Below, piece after piece: positions 1-8,171 of a DNA stretch of 32,000 bases. The notes below the pieces were generated by a model. It was not told the origin of the DNA. It worked only from the letters and a program-made list of their open reading frames with translations, and did not search any database. Made by a program: the position numbers and the translations under genes. The DNA is taken from positions 2,580,001 to 2,612,000 of the forward strand of contig NZ_CP010904.1 in assembly GCF_001017655.1 (NCBI RefSeq). The letters run 5' to 3'. This DNA is from Kiritimatiella glycovorans. Its GTDB lineage: Bacteria > Verrucomicrobiota > Kiritimatiellia > Kiritimatiellales > Kiritimatiellaceae. The stretch's first letter is position 1. Every line of letters begins with the position of its first letter.

Positions 1-834
1 ATTCCACCGAACGTCCGTATACCAGTTCTTCAGGATCAGGGGCTGAACGTCCACCGAATCCCCATAGGAAAAGGTCTCCTCCGGAAAGTAGGAACAGGTA
101 AATAAATGGCGTGCGGCCGTATCGAACAGCCCCGCATTAAAGCTGTTCACCTCGCCGAGATTGACCGCCCGCACCCACCGGTCTTCGGCCCTGTCACGGT
201 TGTAGACGAACGCCTTTTCCAGATCCTCTTCATCCTCGTCCTGACGAAACTCGTCGAGCAGGTCCTTGCTCAGATACAGGTTCTTCCGCTGGACGTCGTT
301 CGTGCGCTCGTAGCTGAAAATCCGGTTCACGTCGAGAAGCCCTGAATTGTTGATCACCAGGCCGGCCCAGCGTCCGACGACTTCCCCCCCCGCCGTCACG
401 GAAGTCCATCCCATCCGTTCCGACTGCTCATCCACGGCATCCCACAGATCCGACGGGATCCACTCATCGTAATAAAAGCAATCCGGAATCATGACCCTGT
501 CCGCACCCGTCCCCGATACGCCCCATACATCGGGGTCCCCGCTCACGAGTCTGAAATCCGGAAAATACTGATCTTCATCGTTCATGAACGTGTCGACGAG
601 GAACATCGTCCTGCTCGCTGCCGCATCCAGCATCAGGCTCGTCTGCGTCTCATGCAACGCCGCCCTCGAGACCAGCCGTTCCGTCCGCATTGAGATCGCA
701 AAAGCCACGGCCATAATCATCAACAGCGCCAGAAACCCGAGAACCATTACGAGGGCCACGCCGCTGCGCCCCGCCTCCGTCAGCGCACCCTTTCCTCTAG
801 CCCCCGGGTTGTGGTCCCAGCTGTTCATGATCAT
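1..834 (-). CDS. Prepilin-like / GspK-like minor pseudopilin, N-terminal 278 codons (3' part runs off the left edge)
   Basis: Absent from the ORF track because it has no stop in the window. My minus-strand translation from ATG 834..832 stays open to nt 1 (834 nt = 278 codons). The N-terminus MIMNSWDHNPGARGKGALTEAGRSGVALVMVLGFLALLMIMAVAFAISMRTERL is a short polar leader plus one hydrophobic helix, as in T2SS/T4P pseudopilins (GspK-like R-G-x-A-L-x-x-V-L). Family call by pattern only. Confidence 0.5.
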   Translation of the reverse strand, partial: MIMNSWDHNPGARGKGALTEAGRSGVALVMVLGFLALLMIMAVAFAISMRTERLVSRAALHETQTSLMLDAAASRTMFLVDTFMNDEDQYFPDFRLVSGDPDVWGVSGTGADRVMIPDCFYYDEWIPSDLWDAVDEQSERMGWTSVTAGGEVVGRWAGLVINNSGLLDVNRIFSYERTNDVQRKNLYLSKDLLDEFRQDEDEEDLEKAFVYNRDRAEDRWVRAVNLGEVNSFNAGLFDTAARHLFTCSYFPEETFSYGDSVDVQPLILKNWYTDVRWN

Positions 835-888
835 GGGTTTTTACGCGCCCTCAGCACCGCCCTTTGGCGACAGGCCCGCGCTGCGGAC

Positions 889-2841
889 TCATTGTCTCTT
901 CCTCTTGCCGTCGAAATTCCATTCGCGCAGCAGCGAGCCGTCATCGTTATGCACCCGAATGGAACGGATACGCGTCGAGCCGTCCGCGCCGGGCGGATCG
1001 ATCCGCAGCGCGGTCAGGGGGCCGGCCTTATCGAACTCGACCCGCACCGGCACCCAGCGGTCGGTGGTGCGGACGGCGGCGACCTCGTAGCTGCCGGGCA
1101 CATAGGGCGCGTGATCCCAGCCGGCGAAGACCATCAGGGCGCCCTGCTCTTCCGCGCGGACTTCCAGCGAGACGGATACCGGTCCGTCGACCTCCGGATC
1201 GATGTTCGTTTCGATCCACGGGTCGCCCGCGGTGGAGTGGATTACCAGCGCGCCGTCCAGGACTTCGAGCCCGACGGTGCGTCCTTTGGACCTCCAGCCG
1301 CCCGCCGCGCGATGACCTTCGGCCTTCGGGCCGGTTGTTTTCCTCGGCTTGCTGCGGTCGCGCCCGACCCCGATCTTCTCCGGCTCGAACTGTTCGGGAT
1401 CGAAGTCGGGGTTCGGTTCGGGCGTTACGGCATCCACCTCCTCGAGATGCCGCTGCATCATGCGATCGAGCAGGGCAACCTTTTCGGGATAGGCTTCGGC
1501 GAGGTTGCGGGTCTCGCCGATGTCCTCGGCGAGATTGTAGAGCCGGTACTCGTGCCCCCCGTCTTCGCCGAAATGGAACGTGCGGATCAGTTTCCAGTTA
1601 TCGTAGTGCACGGTCATCGACGGCGGCAGCCAGTCGGGCACCCTGGGATCGTGGGGGAAATAGCCGAAGATCGGGCCGCGGTCGAACGAACGTCCGCGCA
1701 GCACGGGCGTGAAGTCCACGCCGTCGAACTCGTACCCCTCCGGAAGCGGCATATCGAGCAGACGATGAAGCGTGGGGTAGAAGTCGGTGCTCTGGATCAT
1801 GGCGTCGGTCCGGCTGCCCGGCTCCGTCAGTCCCGGCCAGGCGACGATGCAGGGGACGCGCATCCCGCCGTCGAAGACCGTCGCCTTACCGCCGCGGAGC
1901 GGTTTGTTGCTCGTGGGAGGACGGCCTTCGACCACGTCGTACATGTTCCCGCCGTTGTCCGAGAAAAACACGAACGCGGTCCGGTCGGCGATCCCCCGTT
2001 CTTCTACGGCGTCGAGCAGCGTCCCGACGGCGTCGTCGAGCGAATGGACCATGGCGGCATAGGTCGCGCAGCGCTGCGGGTCGTCCGGATCGAGTTCCTC
2101 TTCGATCTTCCGTTCGTAGTATTCGATCAGCTCCTGCTTGGCGTCGAAGGGCGCGTGCACGGAGAACTGCCAGTAGTTCATGTAGAACGGCTGATCGTCG
2201 GGGAGTGACTTCATCCAGGCCACGGCCTCTTCGGCCATGCGGTCCTCGATGTGCTCCTTCGGGTGATTCGCCTCGAACTCCGGATACTTCCACGGCGCGA
2301 CGTAGCTCCCGGCCGGACCCGGGCCGGGCCAGTGGGGGATGTCGACCTCGAACCCGTGCTCGAGCGGGCTGTAGGGTTCGTGGCCGAGATGCCACTTCCC
2401 GAAGTGCGCGGTCGCGTATCCCGCCTGTTTGAGGTGTTTGCCGAGCGTGGGCAGGCGGGTGTCGAGGCGACTGACGGATACGCAGTGGCGCGATTTGTCG
2501 CCGGGTTCGACGGCCTCGACCACGGACGGTTCCAGGCGCACTGCGGGGCTATGACAGCAGGGCGCGGTCAGCCCCGTACGCGCCGCCGTACGTCCGGTAA
2601 GGATCGTGGCCCGGGTCGGCGAACAGAGCGGGCTGGCGGTGTAGGCGCGGGTAAAGGTCATCCCGCGCTTCGCGAGCCGTTCGAGATTCGGTGTCTCGTA
2701 CAGATCCGTGTGCCCGTACAGCGTCGTATCCGCCCAGCCGAGGTCGTCGGCCAGGATAAAGATGACATTCATGCGCTCCCGGGCCTCGCCGGCCAGCGCG
2801 AACAGCGTCGTACACACAAACAGCAGCATTTTCCTGATCAT
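889..2841 (-). CDS. Secreted Cys-type (formylglycine) sulfatase with an extra ~130-aa C-terminal beta-rich domain
   Basis: Sulfatase signature ILADDLGWAD ... SPLCSPTRATILTGR (C-x-P-x-R). N-terminal signal peptide. The track start at 2850 is GTG directly abutting the SD. ATG 2841 sits 8 nt after AAGGAG and is preferred. Residues ~517-648 follow the normal sulfatase C-terminus (LYNLAEDIGETRNL). Confidence 0.9.
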   Translation of the reverse strand: MIRKMLLFVCTTLFALAGEARERMNVIFILADDLGWADTTLYGHTDLYETPNLERLAKRGMTFTRAYTASPLCSPTRATILTGRTAARTGLTAPCCHSPAVRLEPSVVEAVEPGDKSRHCVSVSRLDTRLPTLGKHLKQAGYATAHFGKWHLGHEPYSPLEHGFEVDIPHWPGPGPAGSYVAPWKYPEFEANHPKEHIEDRMAEEAVAWMKSLPDDQPFYMNYWQFSVHAPFDAKQELIEYYERKIEEELDPDDPQRCATYAAMVHSLDDAVGTLLDAVEERGIADRTAFVFFSDNGGNMYDVVEGRPPTSNKPLRGGKATVFDGGMRVPCIVAWPGLTEPGSRTDAMIQSTDFYPTLHRLLDMPLPEGYEFDGVDFTPVLRGRSFDRGPIFGYFPHDPRVPDWLPPSMTVHYDNWKLIRTFHFGEDGGHEYRLYNLAEDIGETRNLAEAYPEKVALLDRMMQRHLEEVDAVTPEPNPDFDPEQFEPEKIGVGRDRSKPRKTTGPKAEGHRAAGGWRSKGRTVGLEVLDGALVIHSTAGDPWIETNIDPEVDGPVSVSLEVRAEEQGALMVFAGWDHAPYVPGSYEVAAVRTTDRWVPVRVEFDKAGPLTALRIDPPGADGSTRIRSIRVHNDDGSLLREWNFDGKRKRQ

Positions 2842-2904
2842 GCGTCTCACTCCTTTTTTTAGGTTCCGAATAACCTTTTTTTACGCCGGCATCCCGGCGA
2901 CGCC

Positions 2905-5070
2905 CTACCGGCTGAACCGCGCGATTCCCGGTTGCGTCAAAACTCTGGTTGTTTCCCCGAGTGTGATCCGGATCGGTTTAGGGGGATGACGAGGCAATTC
3001 AACCGCGGCGCGTCCGGGGGCGACGGTAATGTCGAGGGGCACCCCGCGGTAACGCAGGTTGCGCACGCGCATCGCCGGACAGGCTTCGGGCAGCCGCGGT
3101 TCGATGTGCAGCGTGTCTCCGTCGGGCTGCAGCCCCATGAAGCCGAGCGGGACGACGGCGGCGAGCATGCTGCTTTCGGTGAATTCGAAGTCGATGCCGA
3201 TTCCGCCCGCGGTGCCGCCGCCCTGCAGCGTGGTCCCTCCCCTGCCCTCGGCGTAGTACTTCCGGTACCCGCCGTACGCCTGCACCTCCTCATCCCAGGC
3301 GCGGATCTCCATCAGGCGCGTCCAGGCGTTGTCGGCGCCGAGCGTCCGGATACGGCTCATGATGTCGTAAAACGAGAACCCCAGCACGGCGCCCCCGTCC
3401 TGGATCTGTCCGCCGAAGGGATTGACCTCGGGCGAGAACCACGAAAAGGTGTACCAGTCGATGTTCCGCCGGGTCGTGGCGCGCGGGGCGAGGCGGTAGG
3501 CGTAGATGTCTTCGCCGGTCGCCGTGTCGCCTTCCACGATCCGATCGCCTTCGATCCAGGTCATGATCCGCTCCGCGTGCGGTTCAGTGGCGATGCCGTA
3601 ATGGATCGCTTCGAGGTTGACGAACGTGAACCCGTAGTCGTGCGCCACCCCGTCGCGGTCGATGCACCCTACGAACCGCCCGTCTTCGCGATCCCAGAAT
3701 TTCCTGTTGACCGTCTCCTTCACCGCCGCCGCATGCGTGCGCAGCGCGGCGGGGTCGAACGCCGCGAAGCCGTCCGGGATCGCCCATCCGGGATGCGCAT
3801 CGGCGGCCTCTTCGAGTTCGGCCATGGCCCGCAGCGCGGCATAGTAGTGGGTGGTCGTGTACAGGTCGTCCCAGCCGAACGGGAGCAGATCCCAGTAGCT
3901 GCCGCCCTTGCCGTGGCCGGGGTGGGGCGTCTTGGACCCGTCGTCATGCACGGTAAACCCCGGACGTCCGTCGTGTCCGGGCCAGGTACAGCGAATATGG
4001 TTCAGCTCGCGCGCATGGCCCTCGTCCATCATGAACCGCAGCGCCCGCCGCATCCGAGGCAGCATGACGCGCAGGAAATCGAGATCGCCGGTCCACCGGA
4101 AGTGTTCCCATGCGGCCTTGATGTAGATGGCGTTATTGACCAGATGGCGCGTGTCCCAGTGGGTGAAGATCGAGCGGATGAAGAACGGCCGGTCCTGCGC
4201 GATTTCGGGGAAGCGGAAACGGATGCGCTCGATCGTGCCCGTCCAGGCGGGGTGCCGGTGGAGCGGCAGTTCGGCGTGGCGCATGCCGGTCGTAGCGCTG
4301 TGCGGGGTCGTCTCGGGCCGGAAGTACATGCGGCGCGACGCGCTCCAGTCTTCGTCGCCCGCCCGCCGCCAATCCATGCAGGCGTCCCGCAGGCCTGCGG
4401 CCTTCATGCGAATCTGGATATACGGACAATTGAACGCATCGAGTTTCACCTCCTCCGGCCCGGTCAGGGTCGGGAGCTTGCCCGCCGGAGCGAGCGTCCA
4501 GGCGTGGCGGCCGGCATCCAGTCCGTGATCGTCGAGGTCCGTCAGCTCCCACGCCGCGCGAGCCCCTTTCCCCAGAAACGGCGGGGAACCCGGCGCCGGG
4601 TTCACATGATGGCGGAGCACGATCTCCCACTCCTGCGGCTGATCATAGAAATGCCAGCCGAAGGTGGTCCCCTCGTACCCGGTTTCGCCGGGCACCTGCG
4701 GCCAGACGGGAAACGGCCAGCCGTCGTCCTGCGAACTCGAGATATGCTGCTGCGCGGAGACGTATCCCTCGACACTGAGGGGGGTGTCGAGCAGCCGCGT
4801 GCGCTTGCGCTCCTGGATAAGGCGGCCACCCATGAAGGCGTCGTGGAGCCAGGAGTCGGCGATCGCCTGGTACTCGAGGGCATAGGTCGCGCCCTCATCA
4901 ACCCGGTTCGTGAAGAACCGTCGGATGCAGGTATTCACCCAGGCGTCCGCCCCCGGCGCGCCCCGGAACGAGAAGCGGGTTGCGTCCCCGCCCATGCGGC
5001 CCCCGGGGCATGCCGCGGCGGTCAGCACCAGCCAGAGACTTATCCATCTGACTTCAGGCTTAATTTTCAT
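2905..5070 (-). CDS. Secreted protein, putative (alpha/alpha)6 six-hairpin glycoside-hydrolase-like, family unassigned
   Basis: 721-aa ORF with hydrophobic N-terminal signal (WISLWLVLTAAAC). The central and C-terminal regions resemble six-hairpin glycosidases (GGSYWDLLPFGWDDLYTTTHYYAALRAMAELEEAAD; terminal beta-sandwich-like LHIEPRLP...VRNLRYRGVPLDITV). It lies between sulfatases and a GH78. Function is inferred, not recognised. Confidence 0.5.
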   Translation of the reverse strand: MKIKPEVRWISLWLVLTAAACPGGRMGGDATRFSFRGAPGADAWVNTCIRRFFTNRVDEGATYALEYQAIADSWLHDAFMGGRLIQERKRTRLLDTPLSVEGYVSAQQHISSSQDDGWPFPVWPQVPGETGYEGTTFGWHFYDQPQEWEIVLRHHVNPAPGSPPFLGKGARAAWELTDLDDHGLDAGRHAWTLAPAGKLPTLTGPEEVKLDAFNCPYIQIRMKAAGLRDACMDWRRAGDEDWSASRRMYFRPETTPHSATTGMRHAELPLHRHPAWTGTIERIRFRFPEIAQDRPFFIRSIFTHWDTRHLVNNAIYIKAAWEHFRWTGDLDFLRVMLPRMRRALRFMMDEGHARELNHIRCTWPGHDGRPGFTVHDDGSKTPHPGHGKGGSYWDLLPFGWDDLYTTTHYYAALRAMAELEEAADAHPGWAIPDGFAAFDPAALRTHAAAVKETVNRKFWDREDGRFVGCIDRDGVAHDYGFTFVNLEAIHYGIATEPHAERIMTWIEGDRIVEGDTATGEDIYAYRLAPRATTRRNIDWYTFSWFSPEVNPFGGQIQDGGAVLGFSFYDIMSRIRTLGADNAWTRLMEIRAWDEEVQAYGGYRKYYAEGRGGTTLQGGGTAGGIGIDFEFTESSMLAAVVPLGFMGLQPDGDTLHIEPRLPEACPAMRVRNLRYRGVPLDITVAPGRAAVELPRHPPKPIRITLGETTRVLTQPGIARFSR

Positions 5071-5095
5071 AATTCGACACCACGATCATGGATGT

Positions 5096-6547
5096 TCAGT
5101 CCAGATAGTGTGCGTACCACTTCTCCTCCTGGGAGTTGAGGGGTTCGTCGGGAAGGCCGGCGGGCCGGTTCCCGGCGGCCCAGTCCTCGAGTTTCCCGCG
5201 CAGTTCGGCGGCACGCTCGGGGTGGGTCCGGATCAGGTTGCGATGTTCGTGCTGATCGCTCTCCAGGTCGAAGAGGTATTCGCGGCCGTCGCTCAGCCTC
5301 AGGTATTTCCAGCGTCCCCGCCGGACGGCGGCCTGCCGCCAGAACTTCCAGTACAGCTCGCGGTCCGGCAGCGCATCGATCTCTCCCCTGAGGCGCGGGA
5401 GCAGGTTGACCCCCTCCAGTTCCGCAGCCTCCGGTTCGCCCGCGGCGGCCAGGCAGGTGGGAGCCACATCGAGCGAGATAACCGGGTCTTCGCAGACCTG
5501 GCCGGACGGGATCGTGCCCGGCCAGGCGGCCAGGAACGGGACGTGCACGCCTCCCTCCATAATCGTGCCCTTCTCCCCCGTCCAGGGGGTGTTCATCGAC
5601 CCGTCCCACGCGCCGCCCCTGAAAGAGATGGGAAGGTCCTTCATGTCGATCTTCAGCGGCGCGCCGTTGTCGCTGATGAAAAAGATGAGCGTATCGCGTT
5701 CGATCCCGAGGTCCGCCAGTTTATCCCGCACCTTCCCCACGCCGTCGTCGACGGCGGAGATCATCGCCAGCGCATAGCGCCGCCGCTCCGGCATCTCGCC
5801 CGGGAAGCGCGCGAGGTACTGTTCCGTCGCCTCGAGCGGAACGTGCGGGGCGAAGTAGGCCACGTAGAGGAAGAAGGGATTCTCGTGATTCCGGTCGATG
5901 AACTCCAGCGCGGCTTCGGTCTGGAGTTCGAGCCGGTAGCCCTTCTTATTGACCCATTCCCCGTCGTCCGCGCGTTCGGCTCCGTCGAGGCCGTAATTGA
6001 CCCAGTACCGCTTGAGTTCCCCCTTGTAGTAGTCGTCGAATCCGCGTGCCCCCGGATAATAAGGAAGTATCTTCCTGAACGGGATGCGCAGGCCCGGTTT
6101 CGGGTCGGGTTCGTTCAGGACGCGCGCGGTCCAGTCCCGCATCGTCCAGTTCGGCTCGAGATGCCACTTGCCGATCATCCCGGTACGGTATCCCGCTCTG
6201 CTCATCCGGTCGGCGAGCGTGACTTCGTCCAGCGGCAGCGGGCCGGCGGCGTTGTGCTCGAAACCGAACCGCTGCTGGTAACGTCCGGTCATCAGTCCCG
6301 CACGCGAGGGCGAACACTGCGGCGCGGTGACGTACCCGTCGGTGAACCGCACCCCGTCGCGGGCGAGTTGGTCGAGGTTCGGCGTGCGCACATCGTCACA
6401 CTGCCCGTGAACGCCGAGGTCGGCGTACCCGTGATCGTCGGTAAAAAAGACGACCACGTTGGGCGGATCAAAGAGGGACCGGCCCGCAGCCCCGGCCATG
6501 GGTATCCAGGCCAGAACCCCCGCAGCCACCATAATCTTTTTCAGCAT
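5096..6547 (-). CDS. Secreted Cys-type sulfatase (arylsulfatase A-like)
   Basis: FFTDDHGYADLG ... APQCSPSRAGLMTGRY (C-x-P-x-R), signal peptide. The track start 6550 is GTG. ATG 6547 follows GGAGG by 6 nt and is preferred. Confidence 0.9.
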   Translation of the reverse strand: MLKKIMVAAGVLAWIPMAGAAGRSLFDPPNVVVFFTDDHGYADLGVHGQCDDVRTPNLDQLARDGVRFTDGYVTAPQCSPSRAGLMTGRYQQRFGFEHNAAGPLPLDEVTLADRMSRAGYRTGMIGKWHLEPNWTMRDWTARVLNEPDPKPGLRIPFRKILPYYPGARGFDDYYKGELKRYWVNYGLDGAERADDGEWVNKKGYRLELQTEAALEFIDRNHENPFFLYVAYFAPHVPLEATEQYLARFPGEMPERRRYALAMISAVDDGVGKVRDKLADLGIERDTLIFFISDNGAPLKIDMKDLPISFRGGAWDGSMNTPWTGEKGTIMEGGVHVPFLAAWPGTIPSGQVCEDPVISLDVAPTCLAAAGEPEAAELEGVNLLPRLRGEIDALPDRELYWKFWRQAAVRRGRWKYLRLSDGREYLFDLESDQHEHRNLIRTHPERAAELRGKLEDWAAGNRPAGLPDEPLNSQEEKWYAHYLD

Positions 6548-6620
6548 CACTTCCCTCCTGTTTTACCCCTGGAACAGGACATTGAACCATTACGAATACC
6601 GGCAGTCTTTTAAGGTTTTT

Positions 6621-8150
6621 TCATTGCAGCATCTTGTCATGCGGATTCGGATGATCTCCCGTTCGTTCCATCCAGGCGTCCAGCGCCTTCCGGAAACGAT
6701 CCCGCACCTCGCGGCATTCGGGATCGTCCGCGAGGTTGTGCATTTCATACGGATCGTTCCTGAGATCGTAGAGTTCCTCCGGGGGACGGTAAAAAGCGGC
6801 CTTCAAAAGGCGGTAGGGTTCGGGATATTCCTCGCGGTGCTTCACGATGGTCTCAAAGGCGCGGTTCCCCCAGGGGCCGCCGGGCGTAGCGTCCCAGGGC
6901 ATCCACGCGAGGGCCTTGGGCCTGTCGCGGAACGCCGCATCCTCGACAAACCGTTCCATCGGATACCCGGGCGTCTTTTCGTGCCGCAGGTTGCGGATAT
7001 ACCGCCAGCGTCCGTCGGTGATGCCGCGGGTGGGATAGTATTCATCGGGGTGCGGGCCGTGCGCATGATGTTCGGAAACGACGTAGCGCCGGTCGAGTTC
7101 CCGCGCGCGTCCCGACAACAGCGGGCGCAGGGAACGCCCCTGGACCTCTTCCGGAACGGGAATCCCCGCATAATCGAGGAGGGTCGGGACGAGATCGATA
7201 TGACCGACCGGCTCTTCGGTCCGCCGCCCCGGCGCAATGCCCGGACCCGCGATCGCGAGCGGCACGTGTACGCCCCAGTCGTAGGTCGTGGCCTTGGCGC
7301 GGTGGTAGCAGAAGCCGTGATCGCTGCTGAAGATGATCAGCGTATCGCCGCCGCGTCCCGACCGGCGCAGCGCGTCGAGCACTGCACCCGCGACTGCGTC
7401 GGCGGCCTGCACGGAGGACAGGTACGCGGCGTAGTCGCGGCGCATGGCCGGCGTGTCCGGCCAGTTCGGCGGGATCTCGATCTCGCCCGGATCGACGCGC
7501 GGCGTCCCGGCGGCGCGGACGTGCTGAAGAAAGGGGCGGTGGGTATGGCGTATGTTCGCCATGAGGAAGAAGGGCGCGTCGCCGGCCTCCTCCAGGAAAC
7601 GGGCGGTCGCGCGGCCGCTGGCCTCCGGCGTCAGCCCGACCGGGTAGCGGTGATCGAACGGGAATTTCCAGGGCGGACTGAGATGAAACTTGTCGGTGAT
7701 CCCGGTCACGTACCCGCGCCCGTTCAGGATTTCAATCAGCGTGGGAATATGCTCGTGCACGCCGACCGGATCGACCTTGCGGCTCCGGCGCGTGAAGGCC
7801 ACGTCGGGATCGTCGAGGGTGGGCCCCTCGGTATTGCGCCAGTGGCCGTTGGTGTGCGGCATCGTGCCGGTCAGGAGGGCGCTGCGGCAGGGAGCGCAGG
7901 AGGCGGCGGCGGAATACGCGCGGGCAAAGAACATGCCGGCGCGCGCGACGCGGTCCATGTGCGGCGTCTCCAGCCCGGGCACGTCGAGCATCCCGAGATG
8001 GTGCGACTGGTCGTCGGTGAGTATGAGCAGCACATTCGGCCGCCGCGCGGGTGCGCCGCCCGCCGCCCGCGCGGCGGCTGCGATCCCGCCCGCCAGGGCC
8101 AGCATGCACCACACCCGCCTGATCGGGGTCGCCCCTTTTAAACCCGGCAT
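6621..8150 (-). CDS. Secreted Cys-type sulfatase
   Basis: LLILTDDQSHH ... AAASCAPCRSALLTG (C-x-P-x-R). Signal peptide with Ala-rich cleavage region. SD GGAGGGAG lies upstream of ATG 8150. Confidence 0.9.
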   Translation of the reverse strand: MPGLKGATPIRRVWCMLALAGGIAAAARAAGGAPARRPNVLLILTDDQSHHLGMLDVPGLETPHMDRVARAGMFFARAYSAAASCAPCRSALLTGTMPHTNGHWRNTEGPTLDDPDVAFTRRSRKVDPVGVHEHIPTLIEILNGRGYVTGITDKFHLSPPWKFPFDHRYPVGLTPEASGRATARFLEEAGDAPFFLMANIRHTHRPFLQHVRAAGTPRVDPGEIEIPPNWPDTPAMRRDYAAYLSSVQAADAVAGAVLDALRRSGRGGDTLIIFSSDHGFCYHRAKATTYDWGVHVPLAIAGPGIAPGRRTEEPVGHIDLVPTLLDYAGIPVPEEVQGRSLRPLLSGRARELDRRYVVSEHHAHGPHPDEYYPTRGITDGRWRYIRNLRHEKTPGYPMERFVEDAAFRDRPKALAWMPWDATPGGPWGNRAFETIVKHREEYPEPYRLLKAAFYRPPEELYDLRNDPYEMHNLADDPECREVRDRFRKALDAWMERTGDHPNPHDKMLQ

Positions 8151-8171
8151 CGATCTCCCTCCATGTATCCG

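Noticed and set aside
2884-2899. Hairpin CGCCGG-CATC-CCGGCG between the six-hairpin-like gene and sulfatase 1, considered as a terminator
   Set aside because: On the transcribed (minus) strand it is followed by an A-run, not a U-run. The genes are 54 nt apart and probably co-transcribed.
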